From Escherichia coli (lineage in GTDB: Bacteria; Pseudomonadota; Gammaproteobacteria; Enterobacterales; Enterobacteriaceae), in the NCBI RefSeq assembly GCF_024223415.1, contig NZ_CP100500.1: a stretch of DNA of 64,000 nt, one strand, 5' to 3'. Below are positions 19,709 through 29,132 of this stretch, piece by piece. Within the stretch, counting starts at the first letter, position 1. The number at the start of each line of letters is the position of its first letter. The translations under genes and the position numbers were made by a program. The notes under the pieces are model-generated. The model was given only the letters and a program-made list of their open reading frames with translations, did no database searches and was not told the origin of the DNA.

Positions 19709-21021
19709 AATCTGAAGTCGGCCAGACCGTCCTCATCGGCATCTTCTGCCGATGTTATTTCATCCATATCACTGGGTTTTTCTTCCGCGATCGCGACACC
19801 GGCGATTAACTGTGACCACTGAATGGATGGGTTTTGTTCCAGCACGGCCAGCATATCCAGGAAGGCTTTAATCGTGTTTCGTGGCGTACGGAAATAGGCA
19901 TCGCCAATAGTGTTGCTACAGTGGCGTAAAAATGCCGTCAGAGCATCATCAGGAACCAGATACTTATCCGCATCGCCGCCGGAATAAACGTGACGAAGGT
20001 TTTTCAACAGAATATAGAGTTCTTCCGGCGTCAGGCTGGCTAAGTGCAGGGAAGGGGACGAATAATCAATGACACCAGCCCGCTGAGCGAAGCTATTTTC
20101 CGCCAGTCGGGACTGGAGCGCTTCGTAGCTGTACAACCCCTTGCGCGGATCGAACAGGAATTCTGGCGTACCGCCAAGTAAAAAACCGATATATTCAGCC
20201 GTCCCTTGCAGGCAGTCATTCAGAATACGCAGTATCTGTTCATAGTTGGCAACGCGGGCCTGAGTGTTACTGAGCTTATACAGATTGACCATCTCATCCA
20301 GATTCACCAGCAGACCCGCGTATCCGGCCTGACGGACAAACAGGCTCATCAGCTTTAGCGAATCGTAGAAAGAGGCATCAGAAATAATGGTGCGCACACC
20401 CAGATCGTTACGGGCGTCGGTTTTCGTGGTGTATTCACCTCTTAGCCAGCGGATGGCATTTGATTTCAATGTCTCATTATCCTGCTCGTGGCCCTGCCAG
20501 TAACATTCAATGACTTTGGCGAAATCGTAACCGCCAACCATATCAGACAGGGCGGCGAGCTTTTGGTGAATAATCGTCGGAACTGACACATTTGTACTTT
20601 CTGCTTCTTTTCTGGCTTCCGTGATAAAGCGCTCAACCACGCTTAATAATGCGTTTCCATCCGGCTTATTTCGGGTGGATAGATTTTTCATTAGCTCGGA
20701 GTAGAGGTTACGCGCCTGCCCACCCGTCGCGTGGATGCGCCTGTCCGGGGATAAATCGGCGCTGATTGTCACCAGCTTTTTTTCTAGCGCAATTGAGCGC
20801 ACAACGCTTAAAAAGAATGTCTTACCTGAGCCATATTCCCCAATAATCAGCCGGAGTCCTGCGCCGCCATCAGCGATACGCTCAATATCCTGATACAGCG
20901 CTTTTATTTCGTTGACCCGGCCAACCTGAATGTGCTGAATACCAATTTTAGGCGTAACACCTGACTTCAGTGACTGAATAATAGCGTCTCTTTCTTTGAG
21001 ACGAATACGAATGCCAGACAT
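19705..21021 (-). CDS. sngB: DUF2791-type ATPase, Shango SngB-type
   Basis: Walker A 'GEYGSGKTF', Walker B 'LLVNLDEM'. Sits between the TerB protein and the helicase. Confidence 0.75.
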   Translation of the reverse strand: MSGIRIRLKERDAIIQSLKSGVTPKIGIQHIQVGRVNEIKALYQDIERIADGGAGLRLIIGEYGSGKTFFLSVVRSIALEKKLVTISADLSPDRRIHATGGQARNLYSELMKNLSTRNKPDGNALLSVVERFITEARKEAESTNVSVPTIIHQKLAALSDMVGGYDFAKVIECYWQGHEQDNETLKSNAIRWLRGEYTTKTDARNDLGVRTIISDASFYDSLKLMSLFVRQAGYAGLLVNLDEMVNLYKLSNTQARVANYEQILRILNDCLQGTAEYIGFLLGGTPEFLFDPRKGLYSYEALQSRLAENSFAQRAGVIDYSSPSLHLASLTPEELYILLKNLRHVYSGGDADKYLVPDDALTAFLRHCSNTIGDAYFRTPRNTIKAFLDMLAVLEQNPSIQWSQLIAGVAIAEEKPSDMDEITSAEDADEDGLADFRL

Positions 21022-21024
21022 AAA

Positions 21025-23352
21025 TTATCCTTTGAGTTCTTGTGCAATTTCCAGGTCAACGTAAATATCATCGTCATCATCAAGCACCGGGGCGTCAACC
21101 TGTTCGAAAGACCAGTCATTAATTGCTTCAATCGCGCCGCTTAGCATCAAATTAAACTGCTGGCATAGCTCAGCGACTTCGTTTCGCGCCCAGCGTTCTT
21201 TTTCCTGCAAACGTTGGTAAAGTTGATGATGTGCTTCATCAAGACCTGCGCCAGCGTGTGGCGGGATCTCCGCTGGGGATTCGTCTGCGGGTTCATCTTC
21301 GGTGAAGATGGTGTTCAGTAACTGGCGTACGTCCGTTGTGTCGGATTCATGACGGGCAAGGATCCGTTCATCAAGAGAAAACGCGCCGCTCGTCGCTGAT
21401 GGGGTTTGTAACGTAGCTGTCGGAGTTGTTTCTGCGGTTGACAGTCGGTGGATATCGCTGGTAACGGCACTGCTGTCCAGACCGAGGCTGGCGTAGATTT
21501 TTTCCAGTTGTTTGATTTCAGCCGGATCGATTTTTCCATCTGCGCAGGCGACGCTGATAATCACGTTGCCAATAGTGGATTTATCTTTATCGCTGAGTTG
21601 CTCAATTTTACCTTTCAGACCAGCCTGATTTGCAGGCGTATTGAGCCGCCAGGTGAGGTAGGCGTGCAGCGAACGTTTTTCTGTTGGCGACAGCGCATCG
21701 TTATGATTAATCGTTTTCTCCAGCGCGGCCTGTTCAGCAACATCCACGCGCTTGTCCATTTGTGCAATCATGGCACCCAACCGAAGCGCCACAGAGACTG
21801 ACGTAAATTCCGCCGACGGTACGTAGAATTCCGCATGCCCTTCAGGAAATAAAACAAGATGACCTTCTGGATCCGGTCTGACAAGGTGATAGCGCATATC
21901 CGGCGCAATGCCGTAGCCTGCTCGCCGGGCGAAATTTTGCATCAGCTCGGCTTCTTTCTTATTAATCTTATCCGGTACAGGCATACCCAGTCTGGCCCAG
22001 AAATCAGCCACTGTCGCCAGTCCTGAATGTTCACGGATTTTCTCATCTGCCCAGTGTTTAAATTCAGCAAATAGACGTTCTGCATCTTCGGTCAGTATTT
22101 CATCGGGAAGCAGCATGATGGCGGCGACATCACTTGGTGAGGCATCTTTTTTACCGAGATAGCGACTGTAGGCATCCAGCGCGTTGATACAGGATTCTGC
22201 AACAGAAATTAATTTCTGAACTGGGGCTTTTAAAACGCTGGGATCGGGAAGATCCATCTGTTTTTTTACCTGAAGTTCCCGAAGCGTACCACTGGCGGGG
22301 GTATAGCTTAAATACAACCGTGTTTTATTGGGTTTGACGACAATACCGTCACCGTATTTTTGAGTATAACGCTGTTTGAATAATGCGGAAAATTCAGCAT
22401 GACATCGACGGGCAGGCGTGCGCAGGGTGTAATCAGGAAAATAGTATATCCATGCCAGTGCCAGAGCGGCACAAATAGGTTGTCCTTTATCGACCACAGT
22501 CGCTAGATTTAATCTGAACAGTAATGAACTCCTCGATGAGAAATATTCGTTTTCGGTATATATAGAAAGCAACTTCGGTCGGAGAACGATCATCATTTCC
22601 AGCAACTGCGTTGCATAATGCCGGAAGGAACCGCTTGCCTGAAATACGGTTCTCAGGCGCGATATCTCTTCGAATAATGCTTTGAATTCATCGTCAGAAA
22701 TGGCTTCTTGTGTGCCATCGGCCAGTACGCGGCGTTCTAGACCGTAAAAATAGATAAAAACATAGCCAACGGGGCAGCTCGCATCGCTGCGATCGCTTGC
22801 CAGCCAGTCAAGATAGGCGCCACGGCAGCGAGGGGAGAGTGTGGCAAAGCTGGGCCAGTATCCCAGTGACTCATCATAATAATGCCGTGAACCAGGCTCG
22901 ATGGGAAAAGCGTCATTAACCAGCGAAGCGTCGGAGTCATCGTTATAAAGATATCCATATTCTCCTGATGAATGTGTTTTTAACCGCCCGCCGAAATAAA
23001 AATAACCGTGATTAATGACGACATTTTGAATGGTGATGCTTTCTCCCGGTTTGACCCATCGCGCTGGAGTGGTATTGCTACGGGCGGCGTTTTCTCGTGA
23101 CGGCTGGCGGCTGGTGCTGTATTCAACCGTCTGCCCGTTCACAAAAGTAAAGGTTGCCAGTTCGTCATCATCGGAGGCCTGAGAATGCATATTTGTCATG
23201 CTGTTATCTGGCTTATTGAGAGATTTCTGTCGAGATGAATGATTTATTTTGGTGATGATTTTGTTGTTTACTCTGGGGGGCGGCGATTTTTTCTTTTTGG
23301 AAAACAGAAGCCAGATAACCGCCAGCATAATAACAAATATCCAGAAGCCCAT
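21025..23352 (-). CDS. sngA: TerB-N / TerB / TerB-C domain membrane protein, Shango SngA-type
   Basis: N-terminal TM 'FWIFVIMLAVIWLLF'. TerB-like '...VACADGKIDPAEIKQLEKIYASLGLD'. TerB-C-like 'FSLDERILARHESDTTDVRQLLNTIF'. Confidence 0.75.
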   Translation of the reverse strand: MGFWIFVIMLAVIWLLFSKKKKSPPPRVNNKIITKINHSSRQKSLNKPDNSMTNMHSQASDDDELATFTFVNGQTVEYSTSRQPSRENAARSNTTPARWVKPGESITIQNVVINHGYFYFGGRLKTHSSGEYGYLYNDDSDASLVNDAFPIEPGSRHYYDESLGYWPSFATLSPRCRGAYLDWLASDRSDASCPVGYVFIYFYGLERRVLADGTQEAISDDEFKALFEEISRLRTVFQASGSFRHYATQLLEMMIVLRPKLLSIYTENEYFSSRSSLLFRLNLATVVDKGQPICAALALAWIYYFPDYTLRTPARRCHAEFSALFKQRYTQKYGDGIVVKPNKTRLYLSYTPASGTLRELQVKKQMDLPDPSVLKAPVQKLISVAESCINALDAYSRYLGKKDASPSDVAAIMLLPDEILTEDAERLFAEFKHWADEKIREHSGLATVADFWARLGMPVPDKINKKEAELMQNFARRAGYGIAPDMRYHLVRPDPEGHLVLFPEGHAEFYVPSAEFTSVSVALRLGAMIAQMDKRVDVAEQAALEKTINHNDALSPTEKRSLHAYLTWRLNTPANQAGLKGKIEQLSDKDKSTIGNVIISVACADGKIDPAEIKQLEKIYASLGLDSSAVTSDIHRLSTAETTPTATLQTPSATSGAFSLDERILARHESDTTDVRQLLNTIFTEDEPADESPAEIPPHAGAGLDEAHHQLYQRLQEKERWARNEVAELCQQFNLMLSGAIEAINDWSFEQVDAPVLDDDDDIYVDLEIAQELKG

Positions 23353-23535
23353 TCCTTGCCCTTAATCGCTGATAACGCTTCCCGGCATTGTTCTACGATA
23401 GGCAAAGGCGGTAAGCATAAAACTGGAAGAGAGATCGTAAAATGATACCGCGAATGGGCTAGAGTACAAGCATAAAAACCCTATTATTCAAAAGGATTAT
23501 GTCATATGGCTGGGGGAGCAATTGGCAGGACCAGG

Positions 23536-24603
23536 TTATACCTCTGAATCACGCATAAAACGATTGATTTCATCTTGCGCATGACGAAGACGATCGGCAA
23601 TGTCAGCAAATCTGTCAGGCTGATGAAAGAACATTCCCCCTTCCACCGCCGTTTGATGATCCCCGGCGATCGCTGCGAACCGTTCAGCATCGTCAGGCAA
23701 CAGTTGCAGGTTTCCGACAATCACCTGAGTAAAATCCACACCCGGCACAGACCAGCGACGTTGCTTCATCTCGACCACATTGCGCATGGCTTCCAGCGTT
23801 TCATAGGGGCTGGCAAAATGATTACTCAGCAGACAATCCACATCATACCAATGGCGTGCCAGTCGGGCCGGATTTGGCGCTTTGGTTTGCGTGCAGAACT
23901 GGTGCAGCGCCGTCAGCTTTTCCCAAAGAATATAACCGGTGTCATAAGCGTTTACGGTCGCGGTGGGTAACTGGAGTGTATCCATGCCTGCGATCCCGGA
24001 CAGATAGCTTACAACAGGCATCAGATCGGTTGGCTTGCCACGATTTCGTCCGCCAAATTCCAGCAGAATATGATCGCGCTGATAGGCCATACTGTCTTCT
24101 TTCACCCGTGGGAAATAGATATCGACTTTTTCGCCACCACTGTCGGGTTCCATTTTTGCTTCAAGGCCCGGAATTTCATAAGTCTGAAAGCGTTGGTTTA
24201 ACCGTTCTGCCAGCGCGTTTGTCCATTCTGTTAAGCGCTCTTGCTGCTGCTCTCTGAACCGGCGATTCTGGCTGTTATTTAGCGTGCTTTGCTCCCATGC
24301 CTGCTGTTCTTCCTCTTCTGAGTGGCCTGCCAGATCGGCCCAGTGAACAGAAAGATCGATATCTTCAGAAAAACGCTCAATCACGTTCCAGCATTTGCTT
24401 AACGCCGTTCCACCTTTAAACGCGACAGATAAACCTCCCAGCAGCTCCTCATTAAAAAGTAACCGAAGGATCTCCGTTACCCAGAGATCCTTTTCCAGAA
24501 AGCTGGCTCCCAGCCCGGAGGGATGCTGCTGCGCCGCGTAAGAGAGGATTTCCTGAAGCTCGCGACGTTGTGATGCGCTCCGGTAGTAATCAAAAATGTC
24601 CAT
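23536..24603 (-). CDS. abiEii: AbiEii/AbiGii-family nucleotidyltransferase toxin
   Basis: NTase signature 'FKGGTALSKC...ERFSEDIDLS'. The start 'MDIFDYY' overlaps the AbiEi stop (TGATG). Confidence 0.85.
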   Translation of the reverse strand: MDIFDYYRSASQRRELQEILSYAAQQHPSGLGASFLEKDLWVTEILRLLFNEELLGGLSVAFKGGTALSKCWNVIERFSEDIDLSVHWADLAGHSEEEEQQAWEQSTLNNSQNRRFREQQQERLTEWTNALAERLNQRFQTYEIPGLEAKMEPDSGGEKVDIYFPRVKEDSMAYQRDHILLEFGGRNRGKPTDLMPVVSYLSGIAGMDTLQLPTATVNAYDTGYILWEKLTALHQFCTQTKAPNPARLARHWYDVDCLLSNHFASPYETLEAMRNVVEMKQRRWSVPGVDFTQVIVGNLQLLPDDAERFAAIAGDHQTAVEGGMFFHQPDRFADIADRLRHAQDEINRFMRDSEV

Positions 24604-25220
24604 CAGAGCGCCTTTTGCAACGTTATCAGCTGCGAGCGCCACGCGTGAAGCGCAGGCTCATTCATCAACTTTCCGGCAATCTGCCGTGCTTTAGCGGACG
24701 GGATGCTCAGCCGATGAAAAGCATTCTTCAGCGTTTCCAATGGGGTATGTTGCTGATCCAGACTCAGCAAACCGCGCATCAGCTCTCCTTCAGGCCGGTT
24801 CAGCCAACGTAACCGACTTGCTGATTTATGCTGGATCCGTACCCGCTCATTGCCGACGCGGAATTCTCGCGTAGGGCCGTTTGACCAGTAGATGCGTTTA
24901 ACTGGCGCCTGCGTTTGCAGCCCCAGCCGGTAAGCGGCTTCCAGCCCCTGAAGGGTGATTTTGTAACCACGCTCTTTTGCCCATGCGGCGGCAACGGCAT
25001 TGGCGCTGGCAACAACGTTAACAGAGGGGATGTTTTTCAACGGCTTTGGCCGGGAGTAGAAACCGCGTTCAACCCGGACCAGCAGGCCTTCTTTGACCAG
25101 ACGGCTCATTGCCTGTTGTACCGACGCACGGCTTCCCAGCGAGTAAAACCCGCTGATGGAAAAGGGGATGCCACGCTTCATGCGGTGAACCCGCTGGCGG
25201 GCCAGAGCGGCAACAGACAT
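24603..25220 (-). CDS. abiEi: AbiEi-family antitoxin/transcriptional regulator
   Basis: 'MSVAALARQRVHRMKRGIPFSISGFYSLGSRASVQQAMSRLVKEGLLVRVERGFY' (wHTH). AGGAG lies 6 nt upstream of the ATG at 25220. Confidence 0.8.
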   Translation of the reverse strand: MSVAALARQRVHRMKRGIPFSISGFYSLGSRASVQQAMSRLVKEGLLVRVERGFYSRPKPLKNIPSVNVVASANAVAAAWAKERGYKITLQGLEAAYRLGLQTQAPVKRIYWSNGPTREFRVGNERVRIQHKSASRLRWLNRPEGELMRGLLSLDQQHTPLETLKNAFHRLSIPSAKARQIAGKLMNEPALHAWRSQLITLQKAL

Positions 25221-25418
25221 TGATTCTCCTGTACTGACGTTTTCATTGATATGTATTTTCATTATATCCCTTGTGTAGCAAGGAGTCTAACCTAAAAAAT
25301 GTCAGTAATATTCATTCTATGACAATGTTTAAAATGGCAGATATCAGTGAGGTAGCTTGCTGTAGGAAATTCCGACGATAAAATACCCACATACAGCAGG
25401 CGGTGATAAGGATATAGC

Positions 25419-27614
25419 ATGAGCATTCTCTCCATCCACGGCGTTCGCAGTTATCAGGGCGAAAGGCCAGTGGAGTTCGACTTGAGTAAGTATGTCACTC
25501 TTATCTATGGACAAAACGGCTCAGGAAAATCAACCGTTTCTGGTTACTTTTATAAGCATGGTCGTCCAGATTACAGCCAGTGCAGCCTGCGACCTCCACT
25601 GGATATGAACTACCTGGTGTTTAATCAGGAGTATGTAGACGATATTTTCAGCCAACCTTCTCAGCCGGGCATTTTCACTTTAAATAGTGAAAATGCAGAA
25701 ATTAAAACTGAAATAGATGCTCTGGAAGCGGAGAGTAAAGTTTTGTTTGCCCGGCGTGATGCTTTGGACGTGCAAAAACGCGACGTTGAGGGCATGGAAG
25801 AAAGTATTAAAAATGGCTCCGCAAAACAGATTTATAGTTCTACCGCAGAAATCAGAAAAACAGATTTATGGGATTTGATGTCTGGAACTAAACAGACCGA
25901 CAAACTTTTTCAGACCATCCTTGAACACACTGAAGTCGAAGATACTTCGACGCAGGAATTAACCGAAGAACTACACCGACTTGAAGCCAGTAAAGGCAAC
26001 CCTTACGCTTTGCTCGAAGCATTGCCAGCATCCCCTTTGAATGACAATGATATTGCGCTATTGATGCAACCTCTTATTCCAGCAGGTGATAGCCGTCTTG
26101 CTGCCGCAATTAACCAATTGGGCAACATTGACTGGGTGAGGAATGGACAGCAGTGGCTGAGTGATGACATTTGCCCATTTTGTCAAACGCCGATAGATGC
26201 CCGGCAACTTCAACAGGAAATCACTGCCCTTTTTGATACCTCATGGGAAGCTGCGATGGACCAGTTGCGGGAACTTCAGGCGCGATATCAATTCTGGCAC
26301 GATAAACCCGAACATATGCGGCAGTTAATAAAAACGTGTCCGTTAGTTGATCAGGAACATCCTGTTTATCTCTATCTACTTGAACTGGAGCAGGCGTATC
26401 AAAGAAATAAATTGCATATCGATGAGAAATTGACATCACCCTCTGCGTCGATTGCTGTTGAGGATCTTTCTGCTCTGGCTGGCAATGTCTCTGTGCAGAT
26501 AGCCAGTATTAATACAATAATAAGCGAACATAACCGAAAGGCTGAAAATTATCAGACTGAACGGGTTAGACTGAAACAGAGACTACTCAGTCATATCCGA
26601 AAACTGGCTACCGATACGATAATTAACCATGATGAACAACTAGCAGAACTTGCTGAAAAATTGGCAAAATTAACGGTGTCTCGGGATGAAATTACGGCCC
26701 AGCTTGATACGCTGAACGCAATTATTCGCGGTAAATCCAGCCTGATCGTCAATACGCAGGAAACGATTGAACGTATTAATCACAGCTTGGATAGCCTTGG
26801 AATCACTGGATTCCGCATTGCTCCCTATGACGATCGGGATGATTATCGTCTGGTGAGGGAAGGTGAGAACAGCGATACGCCTGTTTTTAGTAGTCTGAGT
26901 GAAGGGGAAAAGACGCTGATTGCTTTTCTCTATTTTCTGGAGACTTGCACAGGGAGAAAAAGTCGTGATGACAATGACCAACGAAAACGTTTAATTGTCA
27001 TTGATGATCCTATATCCAGCCTGTCGCAAAACTATGTTTTTGAAATAGCATCGTTGATCCAGCATCAGGTTATACGTGCCAGAATTGGTGAGAAAGTGAT
27101 TATTCTGACGCACAGCCTGTTTTTCTTTCAGGAGTTACTGCTTTCTGCGGAACGGAAGAAAAGGGCAGCGGGTTCTTGCCCACCAGAATGGACGCTTTAT
27201 CGGGTATCCAAATCCTTACATAGTTCTGCTTCCCTTGTTTCCGAAAAAGAATTACTGAACGACTATCAGGCACTCTGGTATGTCTTACGCCACGCCCAAA
27301 AAGATGACATTGCCAGTGTGGTGATCCCAAATACGATGCGGCAAATCCTTGAATACTATTTTGGTTTTTCGGGGAAAAGTGAGACGCTTCACCGGGCGCT
27401 TGAAACACTGGCGAGCGGGCCTGAAGGTGAACCTGGTTTCCGTATATTTGCTCGTTATCTAAATCGACATTCTCACCAGGATGCCCGCAATATCTCTCTT
27501 CATGAGGGGGCTTCGGTTGAACGCTATCTTACCTGGTTTAAGAAAGTATTCGAGGCGGCAAAGGATGAAGAGCATTACACATCAATGATGGAAAAGACGA
27601 CACAAACGACCTGA
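25419..27614 (+). CDS. rloC: RloC-like ATPase / putative anticodon nuclease (AAA_13 type with zinc hook)
   Basis: Walker A 'GQNGSGKST'. Coiled-coil insert with 'CPFC' (nt 26172-26183). Walker B 'LIVIDDPISSL'. C-terminal 'FARYLNRHSHQDARN'. Confidence 0.7.
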   Translation: MSILSIHGVRSYQGERPVEFDLSKYVTLIYGQNGSGKSTVSGYFYKHGRPDYSQCSLRPPLDMNYLVFNQEYVDDIFSQPSQPGIFTLNSENAEIKTEIDALEAESKVLFARRDALDVQKRDVEGMEESIKNGSAKQIYSSTAEIRKTDLWDLMSGTKQTDKLFQTILEHTEVEDTSTQELTEELHRLEASKGNPYALLEALPASPLNDNDIALLMQPLIPAGDSRLAAAINQLGNIDWVRNGQQWLSDDICPFCQTPIDARQLQQEITALFDTSWEAAMDQLRELQARYQFWHDKPEHMRQLIKTCPLVDQEHPVYLYLLELEQAYQRNKLHIDEKLTSPSASIAVEDLSALAGNVSVQIASINTIISEHNRKAENYQTERVRLKQRLLSHIRKLATDTIINHDEQLAELAEKLAKLTVSRDEITAQLDTLNAIIRGKSSLIVNTQETIERINHSLDSLGITGFRIAPYDDRDDYRLVREGENSDTPVFSSLSEGEKTLIAFLYFLETCTGRKSRDDNDQRKRLIVIDDPISSLSQNYVFEIASLIQHQVIRARIGEKVIILTHSLFFFQELLLSAERKKRAAGSCPPEWTLYRVSKSLHSSASLVSEKELLNDYQALWYVLRHAQKDDIASVVIPNTMRQILEYYFGFSGKSETLHRALETLASGPEGEPGFRIFARYLNRHSHQDARNISLHEGASVERYLTWFKKVFEAAKDEEHYTSMMEKTTQTT

Positions 27615-28743
27615 TTAACAACAGAAGAGGACCATCACCCCGGGATTAACCGTTAGCAGTTCGGCAAAGAGCGCATGTGCTGGCACACGTGCTCCCAGCG
27701 ACCAAAACGGAAACGCAGATACTGGTGAACCAGCACAGTTTTCTGTTTCATACCGGGCTCCTTTCTTTCGACGCCGACAAGCTGTCGGCGAGCCCCGTAC
27801 ACCTCGTACGAGCGTGACTATCGTGTAGAGGCTAAGGATCCCGGGGGATGGCTTCCGCTATCGTAGGCGATTTCATTTGATGATTCAATCTTTGCTTTGG
27901 ATAACAATTAATTGAGATGGTCGTATTTTAGTATTAGCACTGTATGTCTTAGCTATAGTGCTGCTGAAATGACCAATTCGGGAACCGTGATGGTTTCCTG
28001 GAAACTCTCTTGCTTATTTTACGATGCTGGCCGATTATCACAAAACGTTGCTTAAACGCTGATTGGATATGGTGCTTTGTGGCAGTCATTCGCTTGTCTG
28101 ACGTTGCCATGGCTTACATTTGATGTAGCCAATGTAGAAGCCGCTTGGTGAATTGTTCTATGACATGGTCTACTACTTCGTTGTGGAAAATGAAGATGCG
28201 GTACCGGGTATGTACCATTGATGGTGAGAGGCTTATCGACGAATGGACCGTACGATATTGCTTGGCTGGAAAGGTGTGTGAAGCATTGTAGATTTACATT
28301 CACAAAATCGCGAGAAAATCTACAAACAACTCTATTTCCAGAAAAATGAGTTTCCCCTTTCTGCGCCAGAAATAAAGGCGTAATCTCCCTCCTGCACTAT
28401 GTTGTCGTGGACAACTCCCTTGCTTCATGGTCTGCAAGAAGCCCCTGATTTATCAGGATGACCAGCCCTTTCTACCGGTACGACCTCCGCAATACCGGAA
28501 CGCGAAAGCGTTTGAGGCTAAGAGTACATACACATGAACGGCTCCATCGTCATCGCTTAACGGCAACAGCCTTCACCGGCTGAACGGCCTCTCTTTGCCG
28601 GAATTTTCCTGGCCCACTTATACCCTGCTGATAACCAGCGCCTTTTTACATGACGGGCTGCGGCCTGCATTGCCGAAGGCTTTGCTGCCGCGTGACCGTC
28701 ATCCTGCACCAGAGTGTTAATTTTCAGACCCTGCGCCAGACCA

Positions 28744-28782
28744 GGGCGTCAGTCGCTCACGCGCAGTGAGAGACTGACGCCC
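28744..28782. repeat. Strong isolated hairpin (about 16 bp stem with one mismatch, 5-nt loop)
   Basis: GGGCGTCAGTC-G-CTCAC gcgca GTGAG-A-GACTGACGCCC, in an ORF-poor stretch. Confidence 0.6.
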
Positions 28783-29132
28783 GCAGAAATTTCCATCTGC
28801 ACCAGTCATATCAACTGTTCCAGCCACAGGCGAGCTTCTGACGTCGCTTTTCAGCATTTATCTCAACCATTCATTCACAAAAGGAGAACATGAGCCAGTA
28901 CCGGAGGAGGACCACCAGGACGGTCCGGGGGATGACCAGCTCACGCTGGCGGCTGCTCTGAGAGCACAACCGATACCCCGCAAAACCTCAACAGCCGTCG
29001 CCCCGGCGCTCAGGTACTGCTCGCAGCCCCGACAAAAATCAGGGGCTATCGGCCTACGCGCCGGGGAAAGCTGTATCCGTTGTTTGTTGTGGTTTTGTGA
29101 AAATCAGGAGCGAGAGAAGAGGAAAACGTAAA

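Noticed and set aside
28052-28303. 83 aa ORF in the ORF-poor region
   Set aside because: It has no RBS and an odd composition (many H/C/P), and it sits in apparently decayed DNA.
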